Position numbers and translations under genes: made by a program. Below are positions 23,540 through 34,210 of a stretch of DNA of 64,000 bases, one piece after another. The notes under the pieces are model-generated. The model had not been told where the DNA came from. It did not search any database and saw only the letters and a list, made by a program, of their open reading frames with translations. The stretch's first letter is position 1. Each line of letters opens with the position of its first letter. This DNA is from Heteronotia binoei (taxonomy: Eukaryota): NCBI RefSeq assembly GCF_032191835.1, contig NC_083224.1, positions 39,122,001 through 39,186,000 of the forward strand. The letters are read 5' to 3'.

Positions 23540-23680
23540 CTTCTCAATTTGACCCAGAGAGAACTCCAGTTTTCTGGGTTACACCACTGAGGATGCCAGT
23601 CACAGTTGCTGGAGAAACGTCAGATTTCACAATACCAAGACAACGGCCACACAACCCGGAAAATCTACAACAGCCAATAT
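23540..23680 (+). mobile_element. Penelope (Poseidon-type) pLTR fragment with a hammerhead-like core
   Basis: CTGAGGA-tgCCAG-tcacagttg-CTGG-a-GAAACGTC, then acggccacacaacccggaaaa. Confidence 0.72.
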
Positions 23681-23730
23681 TCTTACAAAGATGACAAGTG
23701 TTATTTCAATTCAGTTATAAGGCTTATTTT

Positions 23731-23731
<1 letters not shown>

Positions 23732-23762
<31 letters not shown>
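23732..23762. repeat. (AT)n microsatellite
   Basis: Direct observation. Confidence 0.95.
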
Positions 23763-23765
<3 letters not shown>

Positions 23766-23974
23766 CATTTGAAATTCACTAACCAGGGCTTCTGAAGAAG
23801 GAACCAAAACACAGTTTACCAGAACATCAGTCAAGTCTTCCACTGTCTTTTTGCACCGCAGTACCTAGTGTTTGTGATCTTACTTGGGCTCCCTGAGAGT
23901 TTTGTATTCACCTTTCCAACTTTCAAATAAGTTCGATTTCTTATTTGATGTGTATGTGTATATGTTTCTGTGAT

Positions 23975-24180
23975 TGTATACAAAATATAATAACACTCAG
24001 TATTAGAAGTAAAGAATAAATGAACAAACCATTAACAATTTCAATATGTCTATTTTGAAAAGAGTTGCAAAATGATTGTCTGTTTGCAACTGTTTTCAAT
24101 ACAGACACGTTGAATTTGTTAATGGTTTGTTCATTTATTCTTTACTTCTAATATTGAGTGCTATTATATTTTGCATATAC
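23975..24180. repeat. AT-rich inverted repeat (arms of about 97 bp, 11-nt loop)
   Basis: 23975-24071 is the reverse complement of 24083-24180 at about 90% identity, including a perfect 36-bp run. Confidence 0.9.
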
Positions 24181-24450
24181 GGTGTTTAAAGTTTTCTTCT
24201 TTCATTTGTCCACTGGGAGCAGCTTGTTTTTTCTCCCCTACTGTCGCTTCTGTGGCTAGTGGGAGAAAAATGTTGTAAAGAAATAACCGCCATGCATTGG
24301 CATGATATCACTTTTGTGAAACACCCTGAAGTCATGGCAGTCCACTCTAAGAATTGCCAGAAATTCTATGGTTTTCCAATCAGATGTACCAAAGCTGGAA
24401 TATACATTTATCACCTTATCCACACAAAATAGTGGTTGTATATATGGGAG

Positions 24451-24743
24451 GAGCCCCGTGGCACAGAGTGGTAAAGCTGCAGTACTGCAGTCTGAACTCT
24501 CTGCTCACAACCTGATCCTGGCGGAAGCTGGGTTCAGGTAGCCGGCTCAAGGTTGACTCAGCCTTCCATCCTTCCGAGGTCGGTCAAATGAGTACCCAGC
24601 TTGCTGGGGGGACAGTGTAGATGACTGGGAAAGGCAATGGCCAACTGCCCCGTATAAAGTCTGCTGGGAAAATGTCATGATGCGACGTCACCCCAGAGTC
24701 AGAAACAACTGGTGCTTGCACAGGGGACTACCTTTACCTTTTT
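24451..24743 (+). mobile_element. Sauria SINE, full length
   Basis: Same core and tail, with an 11-bp TSD TATGGGAGGAG (24443-24453 / 24744-24754). Confidence 0.9.
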
Positions 24744-25632
24744 TATGGGAGGAGGGTCAGTAGTGTACAGTGTCCTACTATAGACAGGTGGAATGCTGAA
24801 CTTGAAAGTTTAAAAGGGGCTGCTGTCTTCTCCTTGGATTACCTGGGTGCTCATCAGCTGCCCATTCACACATCTGCCTGCCTTGAGAGTCTTGTCTCTT
24901 ATTCCAAACCAGAAAATGTTACTTTTCTTGCCACCTGAGAAAGTCAGTAAAACAGTACAGCAATCGTCTATTAATTTCTTGAGTGTGGAAACAAAGTTAA
25001 AATTTCTATGTCCATTGAATTCAATGGGCCTAGAAAGGTGTAAATCTTTTTAGGATTGCCCTGGGGATTTCCTGAAGAAAGACTTGCTCATCTTCTAAAT
25101 TGCTAAAAAAGGCCAGTTTCAAATAATTTAGTAGACCAAATGTTTCCTAATGAGTCATTAGGAAAAGCACAATCAGCACCAATGTCAAGGGGTCATCCAG
25201 AAATTCAAACAACTTTCATTCTGTCATTCAGAAGTTCAGTGTTTGGTTGCATCATCTATTCTAATAGAATAGTGAAGACTCTAACCAATTCCACATTAGC
25301 CTTTGAGCTGGTCTCTTTCTTGGCTTGTGTGGGGCAGGGAACAAGCAGGAAACACACAGCCCCACACAGCCCCACTCCAGAGATGCCAAAGCAGAATCTA
25401 GGGAAAAGAGCCACCTTGAGGAGCCCCACTTGGGGTTTGTCAGCAGTTCTCCAGGCCACATCGGCAAGGAATCCTGAAGGTTTTTGCTATCTTCTGGGCA
25501 TGGGGTCAGTGTGTGCGTGTGTGGAGGAGGGATTTATGAAGCTCCTGCTCTGTGCAGGGGGTTGGACTAGAAGACCCTGGAGGTACCTTCCAACTCTATG
25601 ATTTTACAATGGATGAGTTCAGTTTGGTGTAG

Positions 25633-25998
25633 GCAGCCAGTTTGGTGTAGTGGTTAAGTGTGCGGACTCTTATCTGGGAGAATTGGGTTTGATTCCCCAC
25701 TCCTCCACTTGCACCTGCTGGAATGGCCTTGGGTCAGCCATAGCTCTTGCAGAGGTTATCCTTGAAAGGACAGCTGCTGTGAGAGCCCTCTCAACCCCAC
25801 CCACCTGGCCTTGGGTCAGCCATAGCTCTTGCAGAGGTTATCCTTGAAAGGGCAGCTGCTGTGAGAGCCCTCTCAACCCCACCCACCTCACAGGGCGTCT
25901 GTTGTAGGGGGGGGGAGGTTAAGGAGATAGTGACCGCTCTCTCTGAGATTCAGAGTACAGGGCGGGATATAAATCCAATATCTTCTTCATCATCATCA
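25633..25998 (+). mobile_element. Squam3-like SINE with an internal 82-bp tandem duplication
   Basis: Units at 25724-25805 and 25806-25887 are nearly identical. Confidence 0.88.
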
Positions 25999-26027
25999 GA
26001 GTCAATACGGCAGGTTTACCCTCTATC

Positions 26028-27125
26028 ATAAGAATATAAGAGAAGCCATGTTGGATCAGGCTAATGGCCCATCCAGTCCAACACTCTGTGTCACACAGTG
26101 GCCAAAAAAAAAGGAGATTTATAAGTGGGGCTAGAAGCCCTTCCACTTTGCCCCCCCCCCAAGCACCAAGAATACAGAGCATCACTGCCCTAAACAGTTC
26201 CAGTAATATGCTGTGACTAATAGCCACAGATGGACCTCTGCTCCATATTTTTATCCAAACCCCTCTTGAAGCTGGCTGTACTTTTCGCCACCACCACGTC
26301 CCGTGGCAGTGAATTCCACATGTTAATCACCCTTTGGATGAAGAAGTACTTCCTTTTATCCATTCTAACCCGACTGCTCAGCAATTTCATTGAATGACCA
26401 CAAGTTCTTGTATTGTGAGAAAGGGAGAAAAGTACTTCTTTCTCTGCTTTCTCCATCCCATGCATAATCTTGTAAACCTCTATCATGTCACCCCGCAGTC
26501 GACGTTTCTCCAAGCTAAAGAGCCCCAAGCATTTTAACCTTTCTTCATAGGGAAAGTGTTCCAAACCTTTAATCATTCTAGTTGCCCTTTTCTGGATTTT
26601 TTTCCAATGCTATAATATCCTTTTTGAGGTGTGGTGACCAGAATTGTACACTGTATTCCAAATGAGACCGCACCATCGTTTTATACAGGGGCATTGTGAT
26701 ACCGGCTGATTTGTTTTCAATTCCCTTCCTAATAATTCCCAGCATGGCGTTGGCCTTTTTTATTGCAATCGAACACTGTCTTGACATTTTCAGTGAGTTA
26801 TCTACCACGACCCCAAGATCTCTCTCTTGGTCAGTCTCTGCCAGTTCACACCCCTTGTATTTGTATTTGTAGCTGGGATTTTTGGCCCCAATGTGCATTA
26901 CTTTGCACTTGGCCACACTGAACCTCATCTGCCACGTTGACGCCCACTCTCCCAGCCTCAACAGATCCCTTTGGAGTGCCTCACAATCTTCTCTGGTTCT
27001 TACCACCCTGAACAATTTAGTGTCATCTGCAAACGTAGCCACTTCACTGCTTACCCTCAACTCCAAATCATTTATGAACAAGTTAAAGAACATGGGGCCC
27101 AGTACTGAGCCCTGCAGCACCCCAC
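26028..27125 (-). mobile_element. CR1 LINE, 5'-truncated (RT 3' region plus 3'UTR)
   Basis: Minus-strand ORFs give GVLQGSVLGPMFFNLFINDL, FADDTKLF, QRDL..L.EW...WQMRF, ERDLGV and GLFSLEKRRLRGDMIEVYKIM. There is one +1 frameshift in the T7 run at 26597-26603. The gecko-type CR1 3'UTR ends near 26028. Confidence 0.95.
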
Positions 27126-27161
27126 TTAAATTTATTAACATATCCAGAATTAAATTTTGTT

Positions 27162-27232
27162 ACTCTTAAAGGTGCCACTGGACTCAAACTTTGCTCTACT
27201 GCTTCAGACCAACACGACTACCCACCTGAATT
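27162..27232 (+). mobile_element. Penelope pLTR terminal fragment
   Basis: cttaaaggtgccactggactcaaactttgctctactgcttcagaccaacacgactacccacctgaa. Confidence 0.7.
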
Positions 27233-27908
27233 TATCTAGCATAATTACTGACCAGTAGCATATAAATGAAAACCTACGGCAAAGTCTTTAGACTCTAAGC
27301 ATAGTTTTGCTAGTTCCTTTGCAATTCAGTAACATTTACCCGAATCTGAAGCTGACTTCTAGGACTATCCAGTAGAACTAGCAATCTTTGCTTCCTTTAT
27401 CTTATGGGTACTTTTTATTGTATTCCAGGACTCATTTACAGAGAGTAGTTTGTCTGGAGAAAGATGTCCTGTCCCTTTAATCAAGGTTTAATGGGATACT
27501 ACTTTTCCAGGTGATATAATTTATCTCTGTGCCATGAAAAGCATCAGCTGCCCATTTCCACATATTTTTTATTAAACGGACAAGACATTTCTCCAGGCCT
27601 GTTGGCAACCTTGCCTGCAGCAGTTTCCTTAGTTGCTCCTGTGTTTCCCCCAGATGCTGTGCTTTGCTTCCATTTTTTTCCACTGGAGTGATGCTACTTA
27701 ATTGGGCCGGGGGACATCTTAGCAAGAGTAAAATGATGAGAAAGGAAGAACGCTTGCAAATTGACTAGGGTTGCATTGCAAATATGTTCATTCTCTTTCA
27801 CAGCATTCCCTTTAAAAGATGCTGAAAGGACTGCAGGACACAGTTGGTTTAAAACATTCACAAATCTACCCCCTCCCCCTTTAGCTCATTCCTGGGAATT
27901 CAGGTCAC

Positions 27909-28234
27909 CAGGGCTGGATCTGGGGGGGGGGGGGAGAGCAGGGTGCTTGCCCTGGGCGCCGATGGAGGAGGCACGCCAAATTGGGTATCGAGTCCATTGT
28001 ATCCTATGGCAGGGGTTGCCAACGGTAGCTTTCCAGATGTTTTTTGCCTACAACCCCCATCAGCCCCAGCCAACATGGCCAATGGCTGGGGCTGAAGGGA
28101 GTTGTAGGCAAAAAACATCAGGAGAGCTACCGTTGGCCACCCCTGTTCTATGGGATCATAAGATAGAATGGTCCAAAAGGGGGCATCATTTTTTAATTTT
28201 GCCCCCCCTCAAAAAACGTCTAGATCCAGTCCTG
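27909..28234. mobile_element. Non-autonomous hAT element with a nested MITE
   Basis: TIR CAGGGCTGGATCT / AGATCCAGTCCTG and a perfect TSD CAGGTCAC (27901-27908 / 28235-28242). Confidence 0.9.
28010..28145. mobile_element. 136-bp palindromic hAT (Buster-type) MITE
   Basis: Near-perfect hairpin CAGGGG...CCCCTG; TSD TCCTATGG / TTCTATGG. Confidence 0.9.
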
Positions 28235-28636
28235 CAGGTCACACTTAGAAACAAAAGCACATATGTTTGCTTCCAAACTGGATTGTTAATGAATGTTTCA
28301 GATACCATATTTACCCTAAAGGATGACAAAAAAAAAAATCTTTTCCTCCCTTTCAGGTGTGCCATCAAGAAAAAATTATTTGTATTATATTATTCTAAGG
28401 TGGATCTCTTCTATTATTATTTCTATTCCTTTTGCAATACATTATTTCCTTTTACACACTCCTAATAATATAGTTGTTCCATAATTAAATATATCTCATA
28501 CTTGCTTATCACTAATGCCCAACAGACTGTATTGTGAGCATTAGAATTGTTCTTTGTGATTTTCATTGGTTCTTAAAACAGCTCAGACTTGTATGGAGCT
28601 TAGGATGGCGTTCCATGTTTGTTACATGATAGAGGT

Positions 28637-28762
28637 CAGGGGTGGCCAACAGTAGCTCTCCAGATGGTTTTTGCCTACAACTCCCATCAGCCCCAGCCAT
28701 TGGCTGGGGCTGATGGGAGTTGTAGGCAAAAAACATCTGGAGAGCTACCATTGGCCACCCCG
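28637..28762. mobile_element. Palindromic hAT MITE, same family
   Basis: TSD ATAGAGGT / ATATAGGT. Confidence 0.88.
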
Positions 28763-29122
28763 ATATAGGTTATGTTTTTCTTTTCTTTGACCTGTATGAT
28801 GTTACACAGCATTGCTTTGCTTTGCCTTACTTCCCAGTGTAAGCAGACAAAACTGAAATAAAAACATAGGTTAAAAAGAGTTTTCCCCCCCATTTCTTTA
28901 CATTATGTATAATCCGCCTTTCCCACATGGACTCGAGGATTACACAGAGTACAAAGAAATGATCATCTTACATTTATGTACAAATTGCTTGTATGTACAG
29001 TAATGAAAAACATTTTGTGTGTATTTTTGTGAGGGGACTTGTCTTCCTTTCAGGGAAATATGGCACATACAATAAACTGAGACAAAGGTCTTTAGTAAGT
29101 TGCTGGTCTGGACATATGCCAG

Positions 29123-29597
29123 CAGGAGTCATTTCATAAACAAAGAGGTGCTGACATCACCAGGTGTACTAAATTATATCAGCTCAGCATCTACTTTAAA
29201 ATGCTGCTTGAATTATAATTGTCATAGTAAAATCGTATTCCCATCATACTTTTTAAATTACTTTCTCCTTTGTAGCCACAGTAGCATGATGAAGATTTCC
29301 ATCTGTTTGTTTTATATGCTTCGGTTATTTTCCCATTTTTTGGTGAGGAAAAATAATAGAAAGTTTGTCCAAACTTTCAGCAAAATTCTCACTGGGGGGT
29401 TGAAAAATTGAGCCCAGAAGCAAATATTTGGAGGAGGGGTAAGAAAGAAAGAGCACAATAAAATTTGGGGGAGGGGTAAGAAAGAAAGAGCACAATAAAA
29501 TTTGGGGGAGGGGTAAGAAAGAAAGAGCACAATAAAAGAGCACAATAAAAGGTTTCATAGCTCTGCTCCCGTGAGCTCCCGCCCAAAATGAGGCCTG
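29123..29597. mobile_element. Non-autonomous hAT element with an internal 37-bp VNTR
   Basis: Perfect TSD TATGCCAG (29115-29122 / 29598-29605); termini CAGGAGTCATTT / AAATGAGGCCTG. Confidence 0.85.
29427..29550. repeat. 37-bp minisatellite x3 plus a partial copy
   Basis: Unit tttgggggaggggtaagaaagaaagagcacaataaaa at 29427, 29464 and 29501, then gagcacaataaaa. Confidence 0.95.
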
Positions 29598-30374
29598 TAT
29601 GCCAGTGATGTCTATTCACAAGATCAGCTCATCATACCAGTTCTCTCCAAGTCAGCTCATTATTATTTCTGTTATGATGTCATCACATTTTAAAAAATAG
29701 TCAACTTCCAATAGCTGTAAAGTATTCAAAACAGGAACCTGATTTTGTCTCTGAAATTCAAAACCGGAATTTCTATTCAAATGCCAGTACACATTATCCA
29801 CAAAACTCCCACTAGCATCCGATGAACTTTAGCCTGCACAGTCAACATGAATGCCTTTATTCAGTCACAGTCAGTGTAAATACTTGAGCTGAGATTCAGA
29901 GCCCACAATATCGCATGAATTATCTTTAGTGATTTTATTCTCCGAATTTTAACCAGTGAATCACTGTTCGTGGGAGGGAGTTTATTTCTCAGAAGTGCAT
30001 TTTAGAACTAAAAAGAGCCAAGTCCCTGGCTTATGGCCCTGTTTTGATTCTAACAGTATCCTTTTATATGCACACGTGCAAAAAGTCAGGAAAAAAGGGG
30101 CTTCATCTGTATCTGTATATCAGAAGGCTTGTCATTTCAGATTCTTAAACTTGGAGAAACAAACGAACCACAAAACCAAAACACAGACAAGTCCATGCAG
30201 TCAAATATTTACTTCTACAATTCTTTCTCATCCAGTCACCCAGTGATACATCAACTCTTCAAGTTACTGAGGCTATCAAGATGTGGTTCAGGGACTAAAG
30301 CATTTGATTTTGTCCCTGGGTTCAAATCCTCATTCATCAATAAGCTTGCAGATCTTTAGACAAATTGTGCTCTC

Positions 30375-30628
30375 ATCACCGTCATTATCATCATCCTTAA
30401 TGCTTGTGTGTTATGTGCTGTCAAGTAGCTTCTGATTTATGGTGACCCAATGAATTAATGACCTCCCAAACATCCTATGTTAACAGCCTTGCTCAGGTCT
30501 CACAAACTGAGGTTCACAGCGGCTTCCTTGATTGAGTCAGTCCATCTCATGTTGGGTCTTCCACTTTTCCTGCTGCCTTCAGCTTTGCCTAGCATTATTT
30601 TCTTTTCCTATGAGTCTAGTATTCTCAT
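30375..30628 (-). mobile_element. RTE-BovB 3' fragment, interrupted by a hAT insertion (resumes 31434-31451)
   Basis: Reverse complement matches the 3' end of the BovB copy at 7780-8000 (atgagatggattgactcaatc, ctgagcaaggctgttaac). Confidence 0.8.
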
Positions 30629-31433
30629 TAGGGTTGCCAAGTCCAATTCAATAAATATCTGGAGACTGGGGGTGGGACCAGGAGACATTGGAAGTGGAGT
30701 CATGAGCAAGGTTGGAACAAGAACAATTGAACTCCAAAGGGAGTTCTGGCCATCACATTGAAAGGGACTACACACCTTTTCAATGCCTTCCCTCCATTAG
30801 AAATAATGAAGGATGGCGGACCTTCTTTGGGGGCTCATAGAACTGGACACCCTGGTCCAATCCTTTTGAAACTTGGAGGGTGTTTTGAGGAAAGGCATCA
30901 GATGCAAATGTGGTGCCTCTATCTCAAAGAACATCCCTCCCAGAGCCATAGATACCCACGGATCAATTCCCCATTATTCTCTATGGGAATCATTCTCCAT
31001 AGGGAATAATAGAGTGCCCAGTAGACATTTCCTTCCCTCGCCCGCTTTCTAAAGTGAGGGAGGGCCTCCAAACTAGGGAATCCCCTGCCCCCTCCCTCTC
31101 TCACACACACACACACACAAACTGGGTCTGGCTTCTCCACAACTTTACTTGCTCTGAAAACAAAAGCAAAACAAACGGAGAGTCTGTGCTCTGATGAAGC
31201 TGCTGCTGACCCTTCCCCCATGAAGTGCTTCTTGTTTCCTGCTTCCTGCTCAACTTTAAAGGCACACATTTTAAAAGCAGACCTGTTTGCAGGTTTCTAA
31301 ACCTGCCAGAGCTCTAGAGGTACATGGTGACTGTGGGGGTGGGGCTTCCCCCTGCCGGCCAGCTGGCTGGGGGCGGGGGTAAGCCTGTAAAACCGGGGGA
31401 TCCCCTGGTGGGACCTGCAGATTGGGAAGCCTA
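30629..31433. mobile_element. Non-autonomous hAT element (Blackjack-like TAGGGTTGCCA terminus), copy 1
   Basis: Termini TAGGGTTGCCA...TGGGAAGCCTA, with a perfect 8-bp TSD ATTCTCAT (30621-30628 / 31434-31441). Confidence 0.9.
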
Positions 31434-31454
31434 ATTCTCATAATGTGACCATCA

Positions 31455-31796
31455 TTTTAATATCAAGTCACAGCTGACCTACAGTAACCCTGTAAGGCAG
31501 GGGTGGCTAACGGTGGCTCTCCAGATGTTTTTTGCCTATAACTCCCATCAGCCCCAGCTATTGGCCATGCTGACTGGGGCTGATGGGAGTTGTAGGCAAA
31601 AAACATCTGGAGAGCCACCGTTAGCCACCCCTGCTGTAAGGTTTCAAAGGCAAGAGACATTCAGAGGTGGTTTGCCATTGCCCATCTCCATGTCATGATG
31701 ACCCTGTTTTTTCTTGGGTCATCCATCCAAATACTAGCCAGGGCCAACCCTGCTAAGTTTCTGAGATTGGGCTACTGGGCTGACTAGGTCAGGGTT
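31455..31796 (-). mobile_element. 5S rRNA-derived SINE carrying a 136-bp MITE
   Basis: Reverse complement of the 2549 family, flanked by AA(T/C)GTGACCATCA at 31442-31454 and 31797-31809 (13-bp TSD). Confidence 0.78.
31498..31633. mobile_element. Palindromic hAT MITE, same family, inside the 5S-SINE
   Basis: Perfect TSD CTGTAAGG (31490-31497 / 31634-31641). Confidence 0.92.
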
Positions 31797-32156
31797 AACG
31801 TGACCATCACGGTGTCATGATGTGGCCTTAATGCTTGTGTATGTGTGTGAAGGGCCATCAAGACCCAGTCAACTTATGGCAAGGGGCTTTGGAGATGGTA
31901 TATAGCCTGGGGAGGACAGGGTCCTAGGTGGGGTCTAACACCATAGAGTCCTCCCCTTCAAAGCATCCATTTTCTCCAGGGGAATTGATCTCTGTAGTCT
32001 GGAGATGAGCTGTAATTCTGGAGGATCTCCAGGTGCACTGACATCCCAAAGTGCATCTCCTCCTGTATGGAATGAATCCAAGGTGGGATTTTTATCCCAT
32101 TCTGTCTCTACATAGCTCAGGTCAGCATACATGGCTCTCATTCCCTCGTTATATTC

Positions 32157-32742
32157 TAGGGTTGCCAAGTCCAATTCAAAAAATATCTGGGGACTTTGGG
32201 GGTGGAGCCAGGAGACATTGGGGTGGAGCCAGGAACAAGGGTGTGACAAGCATAATTGAACTCCAAGGGAGTTCTGGCCATCACATTTAAAGGGACAGCA
32301 CACCTTTTTAAATGCCTTTCTTCCATAGGAAATAATTAAGGATAGGGGCACCTTCTTTTGGGGCTCATAGAATTGGACCCCCTGGTCCAATCATTTTGAA
32401 ATTTGGGGGATACTTTGGGGAGAGGCACTAGATACTATATTGAAAATTTGGTGCCTCTACCTCAAAAAACAGCTCCCCCAGAGCCCCCGAAACCTCCAGA
32501 TCAATTCCCCATTATTCCCTATGGGAATCATTCTCCATAGGGAATAATTGCCCAGTAGCCATTTCCCTCCCTCCACCACACTGCCGCTTTCTGATGATGC
32601 TAAAATGGGGGCGGGAGAGGGCCTCCAAACCTGGGGATTGGCAACCCTCTCTCACACACACACACACACACACACTTACTGGGTCTGGTTCCTCCACAAT
32701 GACTTCTGAAAAGAACAGGGGCTATGCTGCTCTCTCTCTCTG

Positions 32743-32778
<36 letters not shown>

Positions 32779-33037
32779 AGTTGCTCTGAAATGAAAGCAA
32801 AACAAATGGAGGGACTGTGTTGCTGACTCTTCCCATGAAGTACTTCCTGCTCAACTTTAAAGGCACACAGACACACACACATTTTGAAATGGACCTGTTT
32901 GCAGGTTTCTAAACCTGCCCAAGATCTAGAGCTGCATGGTGGCTGTGGGGGCGGGGCTTCCCCCACTGGCCAGCTGGCTGGGGGAAGCCTGTAAAACCGG
33001 AGGATCCCCTGCTGGGACCTGGGAATTGGGAAGCCTA
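32157..33037. mobile_element. Non-autonomous hAT element, copy 2
   Basis: Colinear with copy 1; TSD TTATATTC / TTGTATTC (7/8). Confidence 0.88.
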
Positions 33038-33169
33038 TTGTATTCTCACAACAACCTTGTGAGACAGGATAGACTGGCAGAGAGAACCAATTGGTGGTCT
33101 CTTCATTAATGTCATGGTAAAGCAGGGGTTTGCCCCCCTTGTCCTCCCAGCCAGTAGTTTGAGACTCTA

Positions 33170-33382
33170 TATGAACGTATGAAGCTGCCTTATACTGAAT
33201 CAGACCCTCGGTCCATCAAAGTCAGTATTGTCTTCTCAGACTGGCAGCGGCTCTCCAGGGTCTCAAGCGGAGGTTTTTCACACCTATTTGCCTGGACCCT
33301 TTTTTGGAGATGCCGGGGATTGAACCTGGGACCTTTTGCTTACCAAGCAGATGCTCTACTACTGAGCCACCGTACCTCCCCT
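33170..33382 (-). mobile_element. Squam2-like SINE
   Basis: atgaagctgccttatactgaatcagaccctcggtccatc...gctctactactgagccacc. Confidence 0.85.
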
Positions 33383-33839
33383 TCAAAGCATCCATTTTCA
33401 CACTATATCACACTAGCTATCAGATATTTTATATGGGGACTGAGAAAGAATGGTTCGTTTATGACCTACTAGTGTGATGAAAGATTGTAAGAGGATATGA
33501 TGTGTAACAACAAGCTGTGGCATTTCTACATAAAACGGAGATGTAACCAAGATAAGAGTGCATTGGCCGGTCAAAACAGAAATAACTGGTGATCAAATCT
33601 GAGTTTTACTGGCTGGTATGTGTGAGAGGGTTATCTCCTCTGGCCAGCCTTACCTCCTCACAGCAGTTGCCTGGGTACTGGGAGGAGAGGGTAGAGAAAT
33701 ACAGCCAAAGGAAGGAAGGCTGTACTAGATGGTACTTGATGCAGTGTGATGAGGCACAGTGAGGTTCACCCAATGACTGCTAGAGGTGGCAGTCACAGTT
33801 TGTCTTTGGCCACACTACCTGTGGCAGCTGTGATGGCTA

Positions 33840-34210
33840 CCATTTCGCAGGGCCTGCAAAACGGAGCTGTTCCACCGGGCCTATGGTTGAGGCAGCAGGT
33901 GTCCTATTATTCCATCATTTGGCCTCCCTTGTGGTGACATCATGCTTTATTACAGTGCTCTCTTATCGTTATTACCATCGTTTAAGGTAGGCCTACATCT
34001 GGTTATTGATATGCTGTGCCCTGTCCGCTGGTGGTGCATTTTATTTATTGTTTTTACTGTTAATTTTAATATGGTGTTTTAACTTTGATATGTAGGTTTT
34101 TTATTGCTATTATTATATGTTGTGATCCACCTTGAGCCCTTTTACAGGAAAAGGCGGAATATAAGCCTACTAAATAAATAAATAAATAAAATAATGAATA
34201 ATAAATAAAA
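33840..34210 (+). mobile_element. L2-type LINE 3' end
   Basis: Terminal peptide FRRACKTELFHRAYG*, a T-rich UTR, the tgtgatccaccttgag...aaggcggaatataa tail and (TAAA)n. Confidence 0.7.

Noticed and set aside
27761-28465. 234-aa ORF
   Set aside because: Runs through nested MITEs; the same peptide fragments recur in the other MITE copies.
29427-29550. CRISPR-like array (37-bp repeats)
   Set aside because: Head-to-tail repeats without spacers, inside a vertebrate transposon; it is a minisatellite.
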